A stretch of 24,041 nucleotides of DNA. It comes from Promethearchaeota archaeon (GTDB lineage: Archaea > Asgardarchaeota > Lokiarchaeia > Sigyniarchaeales > SOKP01). The DNA lies in assembly GCA_019057865.1 (NCBI GenBank), contig JAHLWP010000050.1, positions 1-24,041 on the forward strand, in the 5' to 3' direction. The notes beneath the pieces are model-generated. The model was not told where the DNA came from. It did no database searches and was given only the letters and a program-made list of their open reading frames with translations. Shown in pieces: positions 1 to 7,826 of this stretch. Position 1 is the stretch's first letter, and every line of letters begins with the position of its first letter. A program made the translations under genes and the position numbers.

Positions 1-55
1 TTGGAAACAATTGATGATCCAATCATCTTACCATCACTGAATTTTTTAACTAATC
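1..55. mobile_element. Terminus of a second IS related to the element at 2173-3808 (rest lies outside the window)
   Basis: 32-55 CATCACTGAATTTTTTAACTAATC matches TIR 3785-3808 CATCACTGAATTTTGTAGCCAATC at 21/24 positions; similarity continues inward (3-31 vs about 3757-3784). Confidence 0.85.
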
Positions 56-63
56 TCTAATTT

Positions 64-74
64 TTCTTTAAATA
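64..74 (+). promoter_or_regulatory. TATA-box-like motif TTCTTTAAATA upstream of the 138 gene
   Basis: Fits archaeal TATA consensus TTTAWATA; same motif precedes three other genes in the cluster. Confidence 0.6.
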
Positions 75-137
75 GAATGAAAAGATTTTAAATTAATTTA
101 GTTATCAAAATCAAAAAAATATGGTGATGGATGAATT

Positions 138-359
138 ATGGATGCAGATTCATATTTTACTAAAGTTGTTGAAGGTTATGAATTTCTTATTGCTTTTCTA
201 TCATTGATAGGATTTATTGGAATTCTGGTAGGATTTGCTATGTTATTAGTATTGGGCAGATATAATCGAAGTAATGCTTTTAAAATCATAATCATTAGTA
301 TTATAATTTTATCATTAACAGGATTAGCAACAGGTATTAATTATTTTCATATTGAATGA
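138..359 (+). CDS. Small two-TM membrane protein
   Basis: 73-aa ORF with two hydrophobic helices separated by GRYNRSNAFK; GGTGAT SD-like site at 123-128. Confidence 0.8.
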   Translation: MDADSYFTKVVEGYEFLIAFLSLIGFIGILVGFAMLLVLGRYNRSNAFKIIIISIIILSLTGLATGINYFHIE

Positions 360-443
360 GTCAAAAAAGTACAGAATGACATTAGATATTACTTCGGTGG
401 TTTATCAACTCCTTCTAATGGATTTTTAGAGAATTAATTGGAT

Positions 444-761
444 TTATATTGCAGTCAGAAAAAATCCTGAAAAAAGAATTATAATTGCTATAAATTCATT
501 CCTAATTGCCTTCAAAGCACTTCTAGGCACATTTGAGACTGCTTGGAAAAAGGCAATAAAAACCAAAATTGTTCCAATAATTATAAGTAAATTCCCAATC
601 GTGTTAAATACTTCTGAAACCAAAGTTCCTATCTGAAATCGTAAATCTTTCCCATAAAATGGATAATATATGGCGCCAAACAATATTATCGCTAGAAAAA
701 TCCAAAAAACTTTAGACCCACGTCTTCTTCCATTATACCCATAGGATTTATAACGGCTCAT
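444..761 (-). CDS. Small membrane protein (about 3 TM, basic N-terminus)
   Basis: 105-aa ORF, hydrophobic segments, GAGGT SD upstream of the ATG. Confidence 0.8.
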   Translation of the reverse strand: MSRYKSYGYNGRRRGSKVFWIFLAIILFGAIYYPFYGKDLRFQIGTLVSEVFNTIGNLLIIIGTILVFIAFFQAVSNVPRSALKAIRNEFIAIIILFSGFFLTAI

Positions 762-801
762 TTTTGTTTTACCTCTTGCATTATTTAAAGCTAGTTATTA
801 G

Positions 802-821
802 TGAGTATATTTAAATAAAAA
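802..821 (-). promoter_or_regulatory. Shared promoter motif TTTTTATTTAAATATACTCA
   Basis: 19/20 identical to 1897-1916; about 40 bp upstream of the 761 start. Confidence 0.65.
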
Positions 822-845
822 AATCCAATTTTATTTCTTAGAATT

Positions 846-1850
846 TTAAAACTTTAACTCAAATTGACTTTTTCTCTTCTTTTGATGATAAAAAACAGCA
901 ATAAGTACAGATAAAGTTATACTTCCTATAAAAGTAAAGAACCCCAACGTATATTCTATAGGAACAGAGAAGGTAAAACCCCTTGTTTCATTAGAAGGTT
1001 CATGGTGTGTTTCATTAACAGGTCCGATAATAGCATGGGCAATATTTACATTGCTAGTATAACATTCTATTCTCAATCTTACTTTATGGACTCCTGCTAC
1101 AGCAGTACTGAAATTAAAAGAATGGAGATCACCGATAACTGTCATCGTTAAATTAGTATAAATCTCAAAGTTGACATTATTAGAATCTGTAATATTGTAA
1201 TTAAGCTTTATGAGGTTATTTTCCTCTTTAGAGATTGACGAGACTCTTCCTATATAGAATTCATAAGCTGAACTCTTATCTATAAAAACAGAATGCTCAA
1301 TGTACGTCTCATTGTATACTCTAGATACATTATAAAACACAATGTTATCAATCTTTTGAGAGGGGATCTTATCAAATAGAATTTTTGACCCTTCTTCTAT
1401 TTTAATAAGAACATTAATATTTGTAGGTGTTTCCACAGAGAAATTTATGATGTAAAGACCAGAGAGAGCAGTTCCAAAAGGTATCTTATAAGATTTATGA
1501 CTTCCAGAGTAGTAATCCAACTCATTTTCAAATATATTATATTGTTGACTCTCAGGATCCCAAACTTGAATTTTCATTATAGATACTAAGTTAGGCACCA
1601 TCACTTCTATATCTATATAATACATAATGCAATCATGAAAATACAACATTAATGATAATGTATCATTTGGAGCCATAAAAGTATAAATATCATCGGGTAA
1701 ATTAGATTGTTTAATATTTATTGGCTCTTCTTTCACGATATTCTTATCCCTATTAAAATATAACTCTTTATAATCTATAGGAAATAATATTTGTAAAAAG
1801 AGTGTAATTAGCATAAAATAAATCAATAAATACTTAATTTTTCCTTTCAA
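846..1850 (-). CDS. Surface protein with N-terminal signal/TM, beta-rich extracellular region and C-terminal TM anchor
   Basis: 334 aa, TTG start with GTGAGG SD, hydrophobic N-terminus, C-terminal TM followed by basic tail KKRK, several N-x-S/T sequons. Confidence 0.85.
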   Translation of the reverse strand: MKGKIKYLLIYFMLITLFLQILFPIDYKELYFNRDKNIVKEEPINIKQSNLPDDIYTFMAPNDTLSLMLYFHDCIMYYIDIEVMVPNLVSIMKIQVWDPESQQYNIFENELDYYSGSHKSYKIPFGTALSGLYIINFSVETPTNINVLIKIEEGSKILFDKIPSQKIDNIVFYNVSRVYNETYIEHSVFIDKSSAYEFYIGRVSSISKEENNLIKLNYNITDSNNVNFEIYTNLTMTVIGDLHSFNFSTAVAGVHKVRLRIECYTSNVNIAHAIIGPVNETHHEPSNETRGFTFSVPIEYTLGFFTFIGSITLSVLIAVFYHQKKRKSQFELKF

Positions 1851-1896
1851 CTATCCTCACTTTTAACTACAGAAGTTTAATTAAATATTGATCTTC

Positions 1897-1916
1897 TGAG
1901 TATATTTAAAGAAAAA
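1897..1916 (-). promoter_or_regulatory. Shared promoter motif TTTTTCTTTAAATATACTCA
   Basis: Contains exact TTCTTTAAATA (1903-1913, minus strand); about 47 bp upstream of the 1850 start. Confidence 0.65.
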
Positions 1917-1930
1917 TTTTTGGTCACAAA

Positions 1931-2172
1931 TTAAAAAAATAGTGGAAGGCATGTTGTAAAACCAGTTAAAATTCCCATCATAACTCCCGCAAATAGACTT
2001 ATAAGTGCTTTTTTAAGATCAAATAGAACTCTGCCTATACCAAATACTTATTATTATATTTATGAATGCACCAAACGACACAGTAGCTATTATTGCCTGA
2101 TAATGGCTAATATTTAACCTTTTCTTTCTTTCTCTTCCTTTAACATTTTTACTATTTTTGATTTGATGTTTT
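1931..2172 (-). pseudogene. Frameshifted small membrane-protein gene remnant next to the IS
   Basis: Manual translation gives ...KGRERKKRLNISHYQAIIATVSFGAFINIIISI then, after a frame change near 2040, GIGRVLFDLKKALISLFAGVMMGILTGFTTCLPLFF*. Confidence 0.45.
2165..2172. repeat. Target-site duplication, left copy (GATGTTTT)
   Basis: Identical 8-mer at 3809-3816 directly flanking the other TIR. Confidence 0.9.
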
Positions 2173-2226
2173 GGGTAGTTACAAAACCCAGTGATGTGTA
2201 TTAAACATTTCCATTTTCCTTATTCT

Positions 2227-3639
2227 TTAAATTTTGGCAAAGTATTGCCTCCAAAGTCGTTTGTAATTTCCGTACCACTTATCAAGCTTTATTCTTTCAT
2301 GCTTAAAATACATTCCATGCCCTCTTATTGAGGGATGATAGTGAGTTTCTCGAACTAATAACTGATAATTTTCATATGTTTCATTGAAATCATCAATAAA
2401 TTCAGGAAATTTACCAAAATTATGCCTAAATACACGATAATCAAGTACTCTCTGTGCCCCTTCAGGAGTCATCATGCTCCTTTTAAACGATGGATAATAG
2501 GTATATTTCTTATGGAACCCTTCTAAGAGGTTATTCGTGGTTGTTATGAACGGATTCCGCTGATGGGCAATAATTTTCGGAAGCCATGACTCCAACTGCT
2601 TTAATGCAGTATGAAGCTCTTTTATCTTCTTTCCTTTCAAGCGTTCCACTGTTCTACGTATGATCTCTAATTTAATATATGCATCTGCTTCATCCTTAGA
2701 ATCAATCAGATCATAGAATCGCTTCAAAAGCCAACGCCATTTTTTAGGAACAGGTTTTCTTGATTGTTTCGATAATCCCGCAAATGCTTTTACATGCTTG
2801 GAGACGATCCATTTTACATGTGTTAAGCAATTTTGCTGTATTATATGCTTAAAACTTCTGGTTCTAAAGAGTCCGCCTAAGTTTGTAGTACAATCTTTCA
2901 TTAATCCATTTATCCACAGATTTTTGCCCCTCCTTCCTTCCATTAACACTTCCCTGCCCTCATTGCGCCCCATATGCTCTGAAATTTTAGCCACTGGCAC
3001 AAATTGGGTATTTATATCCACCGTATCTATAGCATACATCCGTTCTTTGCTAATTCTTAAATGGATCTCATCATATCCCCAATATCCGCTAGAAGGCACA
3101 GGTGTCTCTTTTAACATCTTTCTAAGCGGTCTAGCAACCTTATTTATCCAATTTACAAGTGTAGTTAATGAAATCTGTATACCAAAATCAATTTTAAACA
3201 CTCGCTGAATTTGAGAGGGCATCAACCCTTCCATATAATGTTGCCGTGTCCTTCGTGTATAATTCTCATGGTAATTGCCATATTTTGGCGCGATCTTCGA
3301 ATAATCAGGTTTAATTTCTCCACATCGAGGACAACGCTTTCTCTGAATGTGAAACTCGTGTCTCCCAAGCCCGTTATCTAAAATCGCAATCCTGTCATTA
3401 TGTCCATTTTTCACCAATCGAGAACCACATGTAAGACAGTGTGTCTCTTTAATATATATCGTTCCATTTCCTTTCATTCTTAAGGTATAACCCTTATCAA
3501 TAGATAATGCCTTTCTCCTTTTCACTTCAGCCAGTAGACTATGATTTTTAGGTTCAGGTAAATTAGGAAAAAATTTATTTAGAGTGTATTGTTCTATCTT
3601 AATGGGAGCTAATTTTTCTCTTATTTTACTTATTAGCAT
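2227..3639 (-). CDS. DDE transposase with N-terminal zinc ribbon
   Basis: CxxC...CxxC, HTH-like region, GYDE (D1), MKDC (D2), QNCLTH (CxxH signature of Mutator/IS256-type enzymes), TTNNLLEGFH (E). Confidence 0.93.
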   Translation of the reverse strand: MLISKIREKLAPIKIEQYTLNKFFPNLPEPKNHSLLAEVKRRKALSIDKGYTLRMKGNGTIYIKETHCLTCGSRLVKNGHNDRIAILDNGLGRHEFHIQRKRCPRCGEIKPDYSKIAPKYGNYHENYTRRTRQHYMEGLMPSQIQRVFKIDFGIQISLTTLVNWINKVARPLRKMLKETPVPSSGYWGYDEIHLRISKERMYAIDTVDINTQFVPVAKISEHMGRNEGREVLMEGRRGKNLWINGLMKDCTTNLGGLFRTRSFKHIIQQNCLTHVKWIVSKHVKAFAGLSKQSRKPVPKKWRWLLKRFYDLIDSKDEADAYIKLEIIRRTVERLKGKKIKELHTALKQLESWLPKIIAHQRNPFITTTNNLLEGFHKKYTYYPSFKRSMMTPEGAQRVLDYRVFRHNFGKFPEFIDDFNETYENYQLLVRETHYHPSIRGHGMYFKHERIKLDKWYGNYKRLWRQYFAKI

Positions 3640-3661
3640 AAATAAATTAAGGGAAAAGCTC

Positions 3662-3676
3662 CCTATAAATCTTTCG
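3662..3676 (-). promoter_or_regulatory. BRE-TATA promoter of the transposase (CGAAAGA-TTTATAGG), probably leaderless
   Basis: Purine-rich BRE followed by a TATA box ending about 23 nt before the ATG at 3639. Confidence 0.65.
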
Positions 3677-3808
3677 CCATTTCTAAATCAGTTTCCATCG
3701 GAAATTAAGGAGTTCTAATTTATCTGATTTAGGAAATCCTTATTCTTAATGATTATGACACAAATTGTGATCAGATCATTTCGCCATCACTGAATTTTGT
3801 AGCCAATC

Positions 3809-3816
3809 GATGTTTT
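3809..3816. repeat. Target-site duplication, right copy (GATGTTTT)
   Basis: Identical to 2165-2172. Confidence 0.9.
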
Positions 3817-3830
3817 TTCTTTAAATACTC
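3817..3830 (+). promoter_or_regulatory. TATA-box-like motif TTCTTTAAATACTC upstream of the 3906 gene
   Basis: Same motif as 64-74, 802-821 and 1897-1916. Confidence 0.6.
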
Positions 3831-3905
3831 CAGCAATATTATTATTCAACTTAATTATAACTAAAGCATATATATGAAGACTACTGATTTTAGAGGATTA
3901 AGAAA

Positions 3906-4640
3906 ATGAAATATAATAATAGACAGATATTTAAAGGATTGTTTATAGTTGGAATCATCTTGCTCTTTATATCGTTATTTTTGGATTGGTATACCTTCGA
4001 AGTGTACAATATAAATAAAGATCTCATTGCTTCATGGAATTACCACCATTTTACTGGGTGGACTACCCCCCTGTTAGATGCGTTTACCTATAATGATCTA
4101 TTTAGACCACATAATTTAGATATCTCTCCAATCCTCCATTTTCTTTTCATGTTCATCATAATCTCCTGTGCATTTACTACATTAACCAAAGATGTGGAGA
4201 AAGTTAGCTCACCTCAAAAACTTAAAAATTATGCATATTTAAATCTATTTTTACTCTTACTGGTCGGTTTTTATATTATTATATTTCCTATAGGATATTT
4301 ACTTCCCAATGAACTTTATTTTCCCTTTAATATGGTAGAAGATCATGATGCAAATCTATTCTATGTGTACTCACTAGATATAGGATATTATTCTCAAGTA
4401 ATAGGCTTTGTCTTAGTGTTTCCCTACTCCATTTTTTATTATCAGACCATTACTCATTTTGAAAGAAAGGATCAAACAGTTGAAAAAGTAATTGGTAAAT
4501 ATATCCAAGAAATTCAAGAACCGTTAGATATGGATAAGTTTATAGCCGAAGAGGTGCTAAAACAACGCATTAAGAGCGAACTTCCACCAAAGGTATTTGA
4601 ACATAACTCTTCTAATATTGTTAAAAAGAGGGTAAAATGA
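3906..4640 (+). CDS. Four-TM membrane protein with soluble C-terminal tail
   Basis: 244 aa, four hydrophobic helices, LFLDWY after TM1; GAGGA SD; ATGA overlap with next gene. Confidence 0.88.
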   Translation: MKYNNRQIFKGLFIVGIILLFISLFLDWYTFEVYNINKDLIASWNYHHFTGWTTPLLDAFTYNDLFRPHNLDISPILHFLFMFIIISCAFTTLTKDVEKVSSPQKLKNYAYLNLFLLLLVGFYIIIFPIGYLLPNELYFPFNMVEDHDANLFYVYSLDIGYYSQVIGFVLVFPYSIFYYQTITHFERKDQTVEKVIGKYIQEIQEPLDMDKFIAEEVLKQRIKSELPPKVFEHNSSNIVKKRVK

Positions 4641-5488
4641 TGGACTATTGCTTATTAGATTCAAAATTGAAGCATTTAATTCAAGTCTGTAAAGAGACGA
4701 AAAATTATAAAAAAATAGCAGTCACAGGATTTATTCTCATAAGCAATCTCTTAGACGAGATAGGAATCAAACTTGGGATACGCCCCCATAATAAATTAAA
4801 AGAGGAAAAAATTTTCGAGTATATGAGAATTATTAATGATGTATTCGAGACTAATTTACAGGTTAAAATTTTTTCAGTAGAGCTGCTCGATACCATAAAA
4901 AAATGCGAGCTCCTATTCCTAAGAAGCAGGGGAGATGTACCGTTTGAATACCTTAAAGAAATATTAAATGCTTATTATGAATTACGTAAGTTAGAGGTCC
5001 CCAATCTTCATGAACAATTAAAGGAAGGTAATATAATTGAAACCCCTAATCTGTTTTCCTTTTTATCTCCGCGAACTAAAAAAGATTCCAAAGATCCTAA
5101 TAAATTAAAACCCTTAATTCTTCATAAAATTAAACAAAAAGAAATTTCCCTCCGGGAGACCTTAAATTATAAGTTTAATCCCCAACTACTAGAAACCGCG
5201 ATCTACTTAAAAAAAGTGAGAAAGGGAATCGAAGAAAATGATCACCGAAAGATCGTGTATCAAGGATCATTAAAGAATAATATCAATTATCAACAATCCT
5301 TAGAACAAATTTTAGGCTATTTTACTTTAGGTGCTTTTTTGTTTGCTTTTTTGTTTGGTTTTGCAATAACTATCGAAACCATGTTATATCCTCTCACCAT
5401 TAATACTCAGGGGATATATTTATTGATTCTATTTGGAACAGCAGCTCTCCTTTTTATCGTTTATTGGCATTACTTTCGACCTGTTTAG
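4637..5488 (+). CDS. Helical soluble protein with two C-terminal TM helices, unknown function
   Basis: 283 aa, 4-nt overlap with upstream gene, two hydrophobic C-terminal segments. Confidence 0.88.
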   Translation: MMDYCLLDSKLKHLIQVCKETKNYKKIAVTGFILISNLLDEIGIKLGIRPHNKLKEEKIFEYMRIINDVFETNLQVKIFSVELLDTIKKCELLFLRSRGDVPFEYLKEILNAYYELRKLEVPNLHEQLKEGNIIETPNLFSFLSPRTKKDSKDPNKLKPLILHKIKQKEISLRETLNYKFNPQLLETAIYLKKVRKGIEENDHRKIVYQGSLKNNINYQQSLEQILGYFTLGAFLFAFLFGFAITIETMLYPLTINTQGIYLLILFGTAALLFIVYWHYFRPV

Positions 5489-5685
5489 TTTGAATTTAAT
5501 CATGTACTTCAATATTATATATAAAAACTGATAATTAATCGCAAATCAATTTCTTTACCTTAAGTTTCTTTAAGGGGATGTTAATCGGAACTTATAAAAA
5601 GCTGCTCAGCTTTCCTCAAGTGGAGATTTTTCGAATGTTATTAAAGCATATTCTAAAAGAGAAAATTAAATATGCTACGACATCT

Positions 5686-5997
5686 ATGAGTAAAAAAGAT
5701 TTCGAAATAGCAAATAAAAACGACCAAGTTCCAATAAAAACTGAAGAATTCTTTGAAAATGGGAAAAATAATGATTTAATTGTTGTTGAGCAAGTAGACG
5801 CAGAAAAGGAAGTCAATAGCATAAAGGCTATAATTACGAGTGAGACTCAGAAAGCACTACTTCTTCAATATAATGATGGAGATGAAGTGTGGACTCCCAA
5901 GTCCATCATACACTCTCAATATGATTCAAAAGAAGGAGTAAGGCAAATCTTTACAATTGAAAGCTGGTTTTTAAAGAAAAATAATATTATTAGGTAA
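5686..5997 (+). CDS. Small protein with ETxKA...WxPKS...W motif (seen in small virus/plasmid proteins)
   Basis: SETQKALLLQYNDGDEVWTPKSII...IESWFL; start moved from 5578 to the ATG at 5686 by inference (TATA-like TTATTAAA and an 8-bp inverted repeat 5645-5652/5669-5676 lie just upstream). Confidence 0.7.
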   Translation: MSKKDFEIANKNDQVPIKTEEFFENGKNNDLIVVEQVDAEKEVNSIKAIITSETQKALLLQYNDGDEVWTPKSIIHSQYDSKEGVRQIFTIESWFLKKNNIIR

Positions 5998-6017
5998 AGC
6001 AATAGAGAGGTAAAAAA

Positions 6018-6244
6018 ATGATAATTGAAGTGGAAAAGACTCTTTTTGGAAAGGAAATAAAGACTCCAGAAGAATTCATAGAGGATTTTGTGATCGTATT
6101 ACTCGCATTTATAACTTAGCAATGGAAGAAAATCTAGGAAATGAGGTTCATGAGGAGAAAAATTCGGAAATACAACTCTCCTACTTGCTGGGGGCTTTAA
6201 CCGGATTAGCAAACAGATTAAATAGAGTATGTGAAAGACCATAA
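6018..6244 (+). pseudogene. Small gene of about 75 aa with a single-base frameshift (not in ORF track)
   Basis: GAGGT SD, MIIEVEKTLFGKEIKTPEEFIEDF then, adding one T to the T-run at about 6086-6089, CDRITRIYNLAMEE...LSYLLGALTGLANRLNRVCERP*. Confidence 0.6.
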
Positions 6245-6372
6245 TTTAATAAGATGTATATAATTTATATTTTTTCTACCTTGAATTTCTTTATAATATC
6301 ATCGCACGTCGGATATTTCTTAAGAAAAAAGAATAAAATTTTTTTTTTTAAATAGAATTCATCCAACCACTT

Positions 6373-6498
6373 ATGATATCAAATCTGAGAATTGCTTTAA
6401 ATTATAATCCTAGTTTAAGAAAAGACATTAATGAAATAGAGGAATATGAAAATATTAGAAATTTAGAAGAATTTAGAAAATTAATTGAATTAAATTAG
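6373..6498 (+). pseudogene. C-terminal remnant of a TPR protein
   Basis: ISNLRIALNYNPSLRKDINEIEEYENIRNLEEFRKLI resembles the capping end of TPR arrays; in-frame stop at 6349-6351. Confidence 0.5.
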
Positions 6499-6518
6499 AT
6501 TAAAAATATATTTTATTT

Positions 6519-7328
6519 ATGACTGAAGATATAAAGACAAAATTAACTTCGTTATTAAAGTCAGATATAAATGCACTAATTAAAGGTATAAAAGACCTTT
6601 ATGAGCCCTTTGGTCAATCATTTCGATCCTCCGAGGGAGAATTGAAATCATTTTCCATTGATTTTAAATTATTTATTAATTTAGTGAATGAGTATTGTTT
6701 TAAAGATAGTATTCTATTTTCTGAGAATTTTGTAAATACATTCGATGGAACTTCATTTTCCAAAGATTTTCAGAATATTATAAAGAAAAATGAAATCTTA
6801 AAAGAGAGATTGAAACTTTTTAAAAAATTATTTACTATTCCATTTACTCTAATACAAATAGCCTCTAACCACAACACTATTAGCACATCAGAAATTTCCA
6901 TAGTTGGATTATATTATTTATTTTTTTATCAAGTTTTTAATGATTATGCATTTAAAAAAATTGAGATAAAAGAAATTTTGGACACCCTTCTTGACCAATG
7001 GCAAAATGTACTTGACAATCAAACTATACTTGTTACAATAAGAGTTGAAATGGATACTATTATATTACAAGATGATCTCAATTTTAACGAGCAATTTCAA
7101 CTTATATTAACTAACCATAGCCATATTGAAAGATTTAACCCGTTTAGTTCAAAAATTTACATCCCTTATTGCTTGATATACAAAACGGAGATTCATTTTA
7201 AAAAATATTATTCTAATGAAAGTTACCAAAGAAATATTGGATCAATAGATTCCTGGGTAGCATATAATTTTTTTAATATTATTCGAAAAGAACCAAAGAT
7301 TGATAAACTTGAAGAATTAATATACTAG
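6519..7328 (+). CDS. Hypothetical protein, possibly C-terminally truncated
   Basis: 269-aa ORF with no recognisable catalytic motif. Confidence 0.7.
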   Translation: MTEDIKTKLTSLLKSDINALIKGIKDLYEPFGQSFRSSEGELKSFSIDFKLFINLVNEYCFKDSILFSENFVNTFDGTSFSKDFQNIIKKNEILKERLKLFKKLFTIPFTLIQIASNHNTISTSEISIVGLYYLFFYQVFNDYAFKKIEIKEILDTLLDQWQNVLDNQTILVTIRVEMDTIILQDDLNFNEQFQLILTNHSHIERFNPFSSKIYIPYCLIYKTEIHFKKYYSNESYQRNIGSIDSWVAYNFFNIIRKEPKIDKLEELIY

Positions 7329-7465
7329 ATTCCGCTAATTTCTATTTATTAAAACTTCTACAATTTTTGAAAATAGATTTCATATTATATTAAGATATGT
7401 TTAAATAAAAGAGAAATGAAATTTATTTCTATAAAATTTCAATTTTGTTAAAAATTTAATAAATT

Positions 7466-7615
7466 CTAATCTTCATGTTTTGATAAAAATTCATCAATTG
7501 CTCTTTTTGTTAATTCAGTTCGATTTCCTAATCCCATTGATTTTCCTTTATTATTAATAAATTTATCAATTCGTTCAGTTAATTCTTCTGGAAGTTTGAT
7601 AATTTTTTTCCCCAT
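7466..7615 (-). CDS. Ribbon-helix-helix (CopG/Arc/MetJ family) regulator, 49 aa (not in ORF track)
   Basis: Manual translation MGKKIIKLPEELTERIDKFINNKGKSMGLGNRTELTKRAIDEFLSKHED*: beta strand-LPEEL..ID helix, G..NRTE...RAI.EFL helix. Confidence 0.88.
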   Translation of the reverse strand: MGKKIIKLPEELTERIDKFINNKGKSMGLGNRTELTKRAIDEFLSKHED

Positions 7616-7630
7616 AATAATCAAATAACT

Positions 7631-7644
7631 ACAATTATAATTGT
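7631..7644. promoter_or_regulatory. Perfect 14-bp palindrome ACAATTATAATTGT, candidate operator
   Basis: 15 bp upstream of the RHH start codon in the divergent RHH/MTase intergenic region. Confidence 0.4.
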
Positions 7645-7826
7645 TATTTATTTGTTTTGGTAACTAATAGTAATATTTAAATATATCCTCTGATATATAT
7701 TATAGTATACCAAACAATTTTTTTTTTATAAAAAACAAAAATATTTTAAGTTGTTAATAAAAAAATTAAAAATAGAGAATGATTAATATAAATTGAAGAA
7801 ATATAATCAAATTTTCGTGAAATAAG

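Larger units (their letters stand above)
2173..3808 (-). mobile_element. Complete insertion sequence, IS256/ISH6-like (Mutator superfamily), 1636 bp
   Basis: 24-bp imperfect TIRs GGGTAGTTACAAAACCCAGTGATG (2173-2196) and GATTGGCTACAAAATTCAGTGATG (reverse complement of 3785-3808), 18/24 identical; 8-bp TSD; single transposase; visibly less AT-rich than flanks. Confidence 0.92.

Noticed and set aside
2798-3208. 136-aa plus-strand ORF
   Set aside because: Antisense shadow of the transposase with no independent signals.
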